From a bacterium (GTDB taxonomy: Bacteria; UBA8248): a DNA stretch of 64,000 bases. Both the position numbers and the translations under genes were made by a program. Where the stretch lies: NCBI GenBank assembly GCA_965207065.1, contig OZ242260.1, positions 1,888,001 to 1,952,000 on the forward strand. The letters run 5' to 3'. Positions 56,250 to 64,000 of the stretch are shown here, in pieces. Under the pieces are notes generated by a model. That model saw nothing but the letters and a program-made list of their open reading frames with translations. It was not told the origin of the DNA and made no database searches. The first letter of the stretch is position 1. Each line of letters starts with the position of its first letter.

Positions 56250-56834
56250 TAGTCGAGCGCTCGATTTACGCCCCGTTACCATTGTCTGAGCAGTCGCGGC
56301 CAGCTTGATCCGACGCATTCGCCTTCACCGCATGAGCAAATGGGCCGGGTAGGCGGGGGCATTTCTGCGCCCCGCCTACCCGGCCAGCGAATGGATGTAA
56401 ACGTTTATCCAAGCCGTGACGAAGTGGGCTTCACCATGGACCGCAAGTGCTTGGATATTTTGCTGAATTAGATGGTGCCGAAAGCATTAGTGCTGACTAG
56501 TTAAGTACGGACTGACTTCGAACTACCGCTGCTGGGGTATTGCTATCACGGCTTAAGTGAACGTTTACGAATGGATACCGACATGAACGCTCTAGGATGC
56601 GCAGAAGTTTGAATTCGCCCGCTTTCGTTTTGTTTACATATATCAGAAACCGAACTCTGTACTAGGTTCCCAAAAACCCAATATCCACAAAAGTTTCAAC
56701 AGACTACAAAGACTTCACCCCCGTTGAAAACCCCCCACTGACTCTAAACGGGCGAAAAATACCTATAGGCCTCAATATTGACCCCATTCAGATTCCTACG
56801 CATCTGCAACGGTGTTTTTCTATTGTCTGGACAT

Positions 56835-57530
56835 TTAATCAGTTTTCAAGTGTTCTCGAATTTGAGAAATGAGCTTTTCCCCTATCCAAGGAGGTTCAGG
56901 CGGAGATTGATTTAATGTCTGTTTTAATTTTTCGAACTTGATTTGCACATTTTTTTTTCGAGTTCGACATCTGGGATTCTCATTTGTGTGATTGTTCTCG
57001 AAATGACCAATACAACGTAGAAATCCATCCATTTCATTACTCATTTTATTCCACAGATTACTGGAATCATTTCCAATATAGAACATGAGAAGAGAACCTA
57101 TGGAATTCTTGCGCGTATCCCATTCTTCCCATGTTTTGTTGAATGTGAGCCTTACTTGCTCTTTTTGTTTCTTCATTATTTCCTGATCTTCTTTATTTCG
57201 GGGCTTGGCAAATAAAGGCCCCTCGATATCAATCATACTTCCGGCTCTACTCATTACTTGCCCCACAAGGTGATAAGCTTCATTCGCTATTTTTTCCCGC
57301 CCACGGAGATTTATCTTGTGGAGTTCAAGCTGATATTGACTACTTAATTGTATTATTCCATTTCTAAGCTCACGATCCTGTTGCCATCCTTGGAAGATAT
57401 TTGTCAAGATTCCCGCCCCGATACTTCCGATTAGAACTGTTATCAGTGCAGCGCAGACTTTGGAATCCAGAATTGTGAGGAATGTTTTCATTTTATGGAT
57501 AGCCCCGGCTTTAGCATTCTTCTTCCACAT
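56835..57530 (-). CDS. Hypothetical protein (AT-rich, one N-terminal TM)
   Basis: Long ORF in low-GC DNA; start uncertain. Confidence 0.6.
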   Translation of the reverse strand: MWKKNAKAGAIHKMKTFLTILDSKVCAALITVLIGSIGAGILTNIFQGWQQDRELRNGIIQLSSQYQLELHKINLRGREKIANEAYHLVGQVMSRAGSMIDIEGPLFAKPRNKEDQEIMKKQKEQVRLTFNKTWEEWDTRKNSIGSLLMFYIGNDSSNLWNKMSNEMDGFLRCIGHFENNHTNENPRCRTRKKNVQIKFEKLKQTLNQSPPEPPWIGEKLISQIREHLKTD

Positions 57531-57712
57531 CTCGTCGATGGCAGATTGCAGTAGAAGTATGGATGAAGATAAGCTGACGCAAGCGATGACCGCCGATTAC
57601 CTGCACGAGTGAATAGAGTGGCAAGTGCTTGTGCCTCAGAGTCATGACCTTTGATAAGTGACCGATTTTACCCACCTCACGTGCCGAGAACCAACAGGAT
57701 GCAGAGCCAATC

Positions 57713-59098
57713 ATGAACTCCAAAGACCTCTCTGAACTGATTGCGCTTGGCGAAGGTTTCACGACCGAGTTCAAACGCGCCGAGACATCCAGCTTGGGAC
57801 GGGAAATCTGCGCTTTTGCAAATGCCACCGGTGGTGTGATTCTGATCGGTGTAGAAGATAGTGGGGAGATAGTGGGAGTCGCGGACCACAACGGCCTGAA
57901 GTCCAGGGTGCAAGCCACCGCCCGCTCAGCGGATCCACCGGTTGCCATCGACGTGACGTCAGTCGACAGTGTGCTCTGTGTCAGGGTCCCGGAGCAACAT
58001 GGCAAACCCTATTCTTTCGGTGGCAGGTTCTTTATGCGCGAAGGTGCAAACTCTCAACAGATGTCGCGGGAGGAGATTCGCGAGTTCTTCTTCAAGGAAG
58101 GCCTCATCAGATTCGATGAGATGCAGTGTGGTGTTTTCCGCATCGAGAACGATTTGACAGACGAGAAGTGGGCGAAGTTCTCTCAACGTGCGGGAATACC
58201 CGAAGGACTGGAGCCTATTGCGACGCTGGAGAACCTGCATTTGCTGAAAGCCGGAGAGATGACAAACGCCGGGGCATGGGTGCTTGCCGACGACATCACT
58301 CGCTACACCTTACAGGCCAAAGTGATATGTGCAGTCTTTCGAGGAGCAACAAAAACCCACATCCTTGACCGCAGGGAATTCGACGCCGATCTTTTTTCTA
58401 TCTTTGAGGATTGTATGACGTATCTGCAGTCCAGGCTGAACACGGCTTTGATACCCCATGCCCTGGGAAGGGATGAACGTCTGGAGCTTCCCGAAGGCGC
58501 CTTGAGGGAAGCGCTGGTCAACGCCATCGTTCATCGGGATTATCGTTCCACCGCGAACGTACAGGTTCATGTCTTCCGCGACCGTCTGGAGATCGTGACG
58601 CCGGGCGGATTGCCGGCCGGGATGCGTGAAGAGGATCTAGGGACGAAGAGCGTGCCCCGCAACCCACTCCTGTTCGGTATGTTCTACCGCATGGGTCTGG
58701 TCGAGCAGGTCGGTAGCGGCATACGACGCATTCGCGAATTGTGCCGCGACTACGGGGTAACCGAGCCGACAATCAACGTCTCCGAGAATTGGGTGACCAC
58801 TATATTCGTGCGTCAGGTCGAACATGCGGCCTCGCAAGTACCCGACAAGTTCCCTGCAAGTACCCTGCAAGTCAGAAATCTCATCCGTTCTCTGGATGGC
58901 GAACGGACACGAGCAGAAATCCTTCAGAGTCTGGGACTCAAGGATCGGACGAATCTGGCCAAGGAATATATACAACCGGCTCTTGCCGCAGGACTCATCG
59001 AGATGACCATCCCGGACAAGCCCCGAAGCAGCAAACAGAAATATCGATTGACGGACAAGGGACGGGAATTGCAGGAGCACATGAAGCAGACGCGATGA
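57713..59098 (+). CDS. Schlafen/AlbA_2 + HATPase_c_4 (RecG-C-like) + C-terminal HTH protein
   Basis: GEGFTTEFK, ICAFANATGGVILIGVED, REALVNAIVHRDY, PRNPLL, GSGI, TIPDKPRSSKQKYRLT. Confidence 0.88.
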   Translation: MNSKDLSELIALGEGFTTEFKRAETSSLGREICAFANATGGVILIGVEDSGEIVGVADHNGLKSRVQATARSADPPVAIDVTSVDSVLCVRVPEQHGKPYSFGGRFFMREGANSQQMSREEIREFFFKEGLIRFDEMQCGVFRIENDLTDEKWAKFSQRAGIPEGLEPIATLENLHLLKAGEMTNAGAWVLADDITRYTLQAKVICAVFRGATKTHILDRREFDADLFSIFEDCMTYLQSRLNTALIPHALGRDERLELPEGALREALVNAIVHRDYRSTANVQVHVFRDRLEIVTPGGLPAGMREEDLGTKSVPRNPLLFGMFYRMGLVEQVGSGIRRIRELCRDYGVTEPTINVSENWVTTIFVRQVEHAASQVPDKFPASTLQVRNLIRSLDGERTRAEILQSLGLKDRTNLAKEYIQPALAAGLIEMTIPDKPRSSKQKYRLTDKGRELQEHMKQTR

Positions 59099-59242
59099 AC
59101 CTTTTCTGGTTTCACCTTGTTCCATCAAATGGACCCTGCTTTTCGCTCGGTGCGGATGCGAGCATCTTTCCGGCATCGCTGACACCTGTATCCGGTACAC
59201 GGGCGGCCTCGCCAGGGTTTTCCGGTGTGTGAGGGGGAGTGA

Positions 59243-59851
59243 ATGAAGCATATTGGGTTCTGGGCGATAATTGGCTTGAGCGTTCTCTATATCGCCTTTA
59301 TTCTCTTTTTGCGTGGAAGCGATGCCTGGCGCCTGTTAACAACAGGCGACCTGAACGAGTTGGGGGACTTCCTCGCAGGTTTTTTCACTCCATTGGCTTT
59401 CGGTTGGTTGATATACGGCTACCTCCTACAGTACAGCGAACTCTCCCTTCAGCGCAAGGAACTAGAGCTCACACGGGAACAACTCGCTAAACAGACGGAA
59501 TTGCTACAGGAGCAAGTAACAGCGGATTACCAGGATTCCATCCCCCATCTCACTATCAGAATCGTTAGATCCAATGATTGGTGGGAATGGAGAGTCGAAA
59601 ACAAAGGAGGCCCTGCGAAAGATATAAAATTACTGAATCTAAATGAAAGCTCAAAAGCCAAGATAGAGCTAAAATCCTTGGCACGTGATCAATTTTTCGA
59701 TTTCACAGTTTCTGAAATCAGCAACCCCATCAGATATGAGGCGCGTTTCAGCTCGGACCGCTCAGAAATGTTTCATCAAACCTGGGAGATCGGGAGTGGC
59801 AAGTGTAGGGAAATCACGGAAGGGCCGGAGCGGCTTGATGAAGATCGATAG
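59243..59851 (+). CDS. Hypothetical two-TM membrane protein
   Basis: LNELGDFLAGFFTPLAFGWLIYGYLLQ..EL..Q..EL coiled coil. Confidence 0.7.
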   Translation: MKHIGFWAIIGLSVLYIAFILFLRGSDAWRLLTTGDLNELGDFLAGFFTPLAFGWLIYGYLLQYSELSLQRKELELTREQLAKQTELLQEQVTADYQDSIPHLTIRIVRSNDWWEWRVENKGGPAKDIKLLNLNESSKAKIELKSLARDQFFDFTVSEISNPIRYEARFSSDRSEMFHQTWEIGSGKCREITEGPERLDEDR

Positions 59852-59950
59852 GAACCGCCAACCGACGAATAACAACCCCGCGCGGCCAAGGGATCGGCTA
59901 CCACGCCGGATGAGCACTCTTCAAATTCCATTTCTTGTAGTGGCATCCTT

Positions 59951-60050
59951 TTAAAACCACGCGTCATTCATCCGCCAGTAGTATTTCGTCCCCTTGAGCG
60001 CGGCGTTCTCTTTTGCGCAATCCCACGGCGTTTTGCCCTCTTTGTCCCCA
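59951..60050 (-). pseudogene. Ankyrin-repeat protein C-terminal fragment
   Basis: DKEGKTPWDCAKEN..LKGTKYYWRMNDAWF joined to the coupling-protein remnant. Confidence 0.5.
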
Positions 60051-60054
60051 CACG

Positions 60055-60546
60055 CGCCGTAGCTCAAGCCTTGCGCGTATTCCGTGACTTCGCCACGACT
60101 GAGACTCTCGACCGACCAGCGCCCCGCCTCCTGGTCGGGCGCGGCCAGCGCCACCCGGGCGCCGCAAATCTCCAACACCGTCTCGGCACCATTTCGCCCA
60201 TAAAAATCGCGGAGGGTGGATATCACCTGGATACCCAGCATGTAACACTCCCGAACTGACGCGATTCGGCGAGACCGGGTTGTAAGGTCGGCACCTAGTG
60301 TAGGGTGGGGAGTTCATCCAGCACAATCCATATCCTGCGCCCATCATCCTGACCCAGGGACAAAGCGCGTTCACGGCGATCTCGAACCAGATCGAGATGA
60401 GACCCCGGAGACTCGTATGTTGATCCCCTCGCGATGTCAGGAACTGTAAGCCGGTCTCGTCCTCGCGCTCCACCCACTCCCTTATGGAAAAGGCAACACC
60501 TAAGTCGGGGAGGCACTCGAGCGCGCCCAGGTGCGCTGTCAGCATG
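60055..60546 (-). pseudogene. Type IV coupling protein (TrwB/TraD-like) remnant, frameshifted
   Basis: FSIREWV, LRGLISIWFEIAVNAL, RRIWIVLDELPTLH (Walker B), LGIQ..S.LR..YG..GAE spread over three frames. Confidence 0.8.
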
Positions 60547-60895
60547 GGGAACCTGGACACGAACCGGGCTGACCCCCGTCAACACCTTCCGCGACGGCAG
60601 ATAACCGTTGCGTACCACCGCGCGACGTCCCCGCGCGTGACGCTCGGCCGAATGCTCCACGAGGAAGGCCCCCAACTCCACTGCCACCGCCTAGCGGATG
60701 ATTCGTTGCGCGCCCTCGCGCACCAAGTCGCTCAATTCGTCCCGATAGGCTGGATTCGTAATGGGAATCGTTGTATCTTTGTGGATGGTGGCGCATCTTC
60801 TGTGTGCTGCATGACCGGGCTTCTGACAACCCTATTTCAGCAGGAATGTGGCGCCTTCTTCAATTCAGCCCATACACCAGACCTGAGTGTAACTC
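60547..60895 (-). mobile_element. IS256 family fragment (left end plus degenerate transposase N-terminus)
   Basis: DELSDLVREGAQRII*, VRNGYLPSRKVLTGV.PVRVQVP; end GAGTTACACTCAG. Confidence 0.75.
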
Positions 60896-60970
60896 GGTTA
60901 ATCGAGAATCCACCCAGAAGATTCATCATTTTTCCGAGTGCAAATTATGTGGTCCGAAGGAAGAAACCCA

Positions 60971-61339
60971 ATGAAGACTATCCTCAGCGCGCTCGCATTG
61001 TGTGGGATGATGGTGCTTACGGCTGAAACGATAAGTGCTCAATCGTTCCGAGGACCTGCAAATGCAGACAAAGATAGTTGCTACAACACTATTGGCAAAT
61101 GCATATTTGCAAAATCAAAAACTAAGTCAAATGGGCAGGTTCTGCTAAAGATCACAAACAATTGCCGTGGCCGTGTATACATAAAATATCCGACTGGAAC
61201 GATCCACCAGATTTTGATTAATGGCCGGCGGCCGGGGTCCGGCTCTACGGCGGGCGCGCTCGAAAGGGAGGATAACCATGAAGTCTTCGATACTTGTGAT
61301 CTTCTTTTGCGTCATATGCATCTCGGCGATGCAGATTAG
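60971..61339 (+). CDS. Small exported Cys-containing protein, possibly truncated
   Basis: Signal peptide MKTILSALALCGMMVLTAETISA; 3' part overlaps the next gene. Confidence 0.45.
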   Translation: MKTILSALALCGMMVLTAETISAQSFRGPANADKDSCYNTIGKCIFAKSKTKSNGQVLLKITNNCRGRVYIKYPTGTIHQILINGRRPGSGSTAGALEREDNHEVFDTCDLLLRHMHLGDAD

Positions 61340-61586
61340 TGATGCACGAGCGAATGAAGATCACGACGCAGCAATGAACTCCGGAATTGCGGCTGGAGCG
61401 ACCGCCGGCGCTGCGTTGGGTACTGGAATCGGGTTCTTAGCAGGACCGTTAGGAGCAGTGGTAGGGGGAATTATAGGGGCAGGAGCGGGAGCTATTTTGG
61501 CTATTGAGGGGAATCGCAGGTATGGAAGATCGATCAAGAAGAGGCGGCTCAGGCAACATCTCTGTCCAACTCCAAATCCCTGCTAA
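61278..61586 (+). CDS. Small exported glycine-zipper protein
   Basis: GGAGG RBS, signal peptide, GxxxGxxxG run (GATAGAALGTGIG..GAVVGGIIGAGAG). Confidence 0.65.
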   Translation: MKSSILVIFFCVICISAMQISDARANEDHDAAMNSGIAAGATAGAALGTGIGFLAGPLGAVVGGIIGAGAGAILAIEGNRRYGRSIKKRRLRQHLCPTPNPC

Positions 61587-62116
61587 TTTCGCGACACTTT
61601 CCTACATAAATCCCCTTGTTTGGGGAATTATATACGAAAGTACCGAAAGGAGATGGGTTCAAACAACTTTTAGTGGTAAATATTTCAATCCGTCGTAATA
61701 TCAATATTCGTGATTATAATAAGGCCATTATTTTCAAGGAACTTTAATATTTCTACTTCCTGGTCAGACACACTGATCATTCCTTCTAGATTCGACTCAT
61801 CAATTGATTCTTTCGTCATGGACTTTTCGTTTTGCACCGAGACTTTATTCGCTACGCCGAACAACATAAAAAAGAACATGGAGGCGATAAAAGGCCGACA
61901 TCAAGAAACTATGGCGGCGCTGCTGGCTCGGCGCGATGCGCGAATCGAACAGCACCGGGAAACGATAAAGATGATGGAACACCGACATCAGTAATCGATG
62001 AAGGCGCTCGAAGGTCAAAACAACGCGATGATGAAATTCATCCGGCGTACGTCGGCGTAGTCTGCGCGAGGGGATGGGTGAGGGGGGGGGGAGAAACCCT
62101 TTCACACAAGTTTTTT

Positions 62117-63553
62117 TCAATTCCCTATAGTCAACCCCACGAGTCCATATGTTTGGATTCTGCCAGTGTCGTGGCAATAGTAGGCTTGAAACAATTCGAA
62201 GTCACTCCGGTGGTTCTCATCGCATTTCTTGGAGATTATCTCGATAATTTTCAGCTTTTCGCTATCCGGCGTGCGGATTCCAAAAATAATACCCTTCAAT
62301 AAACTGAAATCGTAAGTCAGGGCACGAGAATTCTTGTCGAGATCACCTGACAAGCCATGTAGTACCAAGCGAGTTTCTTTCTCGTATTTCCAGTCGAGAG
62401 TTTTTATGGATAAAGCCGGGTAAAAACGATCCCAGTAGGCCTGTCTCCAGGCCTCGGTATCGATTCCAAAGTGAGATGCGCATTCACTCAAGTTTCCATC
62501 CTCATCGCTGTACCAGATTTCTATAAGCTTTATCTCAGGAAACATACCAAGGGAGCGAAAAAAATCGATTTCACCGGCTTTCTCTCCATATTTCACGTCG
62601 TGAAATTCCATCCGGCGAGGTCCCCATGTTTTCCCATGATTCGAATAACCCGTAACTTTGTTCAATGTCAGGCTGTTTACTCCATCTTGTGTATCCGATT
62701 CAAAAATCAAGCATACTCCTTTGTGGCCATCGCCATAATTCGCCCACATCGAAGCATTACCATAGTCTCTAGTAAAACAAGCGGCATACCAGCTTGGATA
62801 AAGCACTCGTTCAAGTTGTTGCAAATATGATTTTGGGAAATCAAAAATCAAAAATGTTAGATTACTTTCAAGATTGCTGCCAGGATTTTCCCTGCGCAGA
62901 TATTTATACTTGAGATGTATATCTTGCCACGTGCTTGAACCAATTCTCATCATATAATCAACAAATCCTTCTTCTTCGAATTGTGGCAACAGATCGAGAA
63001 TCTTGTGAAAATGTTCGAAGCTATCTGGGAACTTGCTCCATATCTCGTTACTAGATTCCAATTCGTAATCGACATATGTGTCTTGAATTTCCCTTAATGC
63101 AAGGTGGTGCAATCCCTGAAGATAAAAAAGAATCTCGTCGTGGCGGACTATTCGTTCTGCATTTACGAGTTTTTCAATAAATTTATGCAGTTTCGCTTTG
63201 TCGAATACTCTTCCATAGATATCCTCTATCAATCCACGTAACCGAGGTGCCGGGTCTTGGTCTTGGTCCGACATGACAGGAATGAGCTGAGGCCCAATTC
63301 GTTGACTGTCTCCAAGAAAACGCACAATCACGCACGTCATGTGTAAACAATAAAGGTAGTGGCGAAAAAAATTAGCCCAGACGATGTGATCACCTTTCCA
63401 AAAAATGTCTCGGAATCCTTCCATCGGGTCGTTGAGTTCTTGCGAATTGGCAAAGTAAATTGTCTGTCTCTCAAGCTCTTCGCAATCTGCACATTCTTTG
63501 AGCAATCTTTCTGTAGTCCTGAATCTGTACAATTCCGTCATTGTCAGTCTCAT
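62117..63553 (-). CDS. DUF2971 domain protein
   Basis: LYRFR, IYFA...LNDPMEG, CFT..Y.NASMWANYGDGHKGVCLIF, K..DWKYEKE.R, IIFG. Confidence 0.85.
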   Translation of the reverse strand: MRLTMTELYRFRTTERLLKECADCEELERQTIYFANSQELNDPMEGFRDIFWKGDHIVWANFFRHYLYCLHMTCVIVRFLGDSQRIGPQLIPVMSDQDQDPAPRLRGLIEDIYGRVFDKAKLHKFIEKLVNAERIVRHDEILFYLQGLHHLALREIQDTYVDYELESSNEIWSKFPDSFEHFHKILDLLPQFEEEGFVDYMMRIGSSTWQDIHLKYKYLRRENPGSNLESNLTFLIFDFPKSYLQQLERVLYPSWYAACFTRDYGNASMWANYGDGHKGVCLIFESDTQDGVNSLTLNKVTGYSNHGKTWGPRRMEFHDVKYGEKAGEIDFFRSLGMFPEIKLIEIWYSDEDGNLSECASHFGIDTEAWRQAYWDRFYPALSIKTLDWKYEKETRLVLHGLSGDLDKNSRALTYDFSLLKGIIFGIRTPDSEKLKIIEIISKKCDENHRSDFELFQAYYCHDTGRIQTYGLVGLTIGN

Positions 63554-64000
63554 CTCCTGTAGTTTCCTGCTACTTCCTCCGTCGTTTCCCCTTACCCCTC
63601 ACCCGCACATTAAGCGGGGTGAACATTTTCTCATGCAGGGCGAAGAGGCTCTATACGCGCTCGCGCCCGGAGGCGAAGCCAGTGCGGAGGCAGAGGCGAT
63701 CTACAGCGCGCTCCAGCACCTTATGAGCGCGACGCTGATCGGGCGGTATGAGGTTCAGGTCGTAGAGGTTGGCCAGTGTCGCTTCGGGATGCCCCAGACC
63801 GCGATGTCCGGCGAGACCCTGCTCTTGGTCGGACGGTTACTTGGTCCCAAGCGGTACAGAACTAGGGCGATGTAAGCCCTATCATCGTTCGGGATAAGAG
63901 ATACATCGGCCAAAAACGACGAACACTATAGCTATGAGATCGCCATTCTGCTTCGTTTTCCTCAAACAGTGTTCCGTTGTCTTCGCCAATCATCAAACTC

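Overview
GC-rich bacterial chromosome window in two parts. Bases 1-33.5 kb are core/metabolic: a liv-type ABC transporter, gpmI, hydrolases, a catabolic cluster, amt, an SdhA/NadB-like flavoprotein and a complete rRNA operon (16S-tRNA-Ile-tRNA-Ala-23S-5S). Two genes that the ORF track splits at an in-frame UGA are most likely selenoproteins: a UGSC-type protein (13045-13587) and an AhpD-like protein with CxxU (18324-18986). Each has a SECIS-like hairpin, and the second is followed by a paralog that lacks the redox motif. Bases 33.5-64 kb are a decaying mobile island. It holds two roughly 96%-identical TonB-dependent receptor genes flanking a truncated group II intron and two tandem tyrosine integrases, an intact IS110/IS1111 element, and a conjugative leading region (ssb, DUF4326, SLOG, a large ssDNA cloverleaf, possible oriT). 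It also holds relaxase and coupling-protein remnants broken by IS1380 and IS256 pieces, plus cargo. The most novel-looking cargo item is an 88-aa peptide with three [AP]YxP[TS]xx[ML]LAKE repeats directly upstream of a split tyrosinase. All family assignments come from reading motifs by eye; no searches were run.
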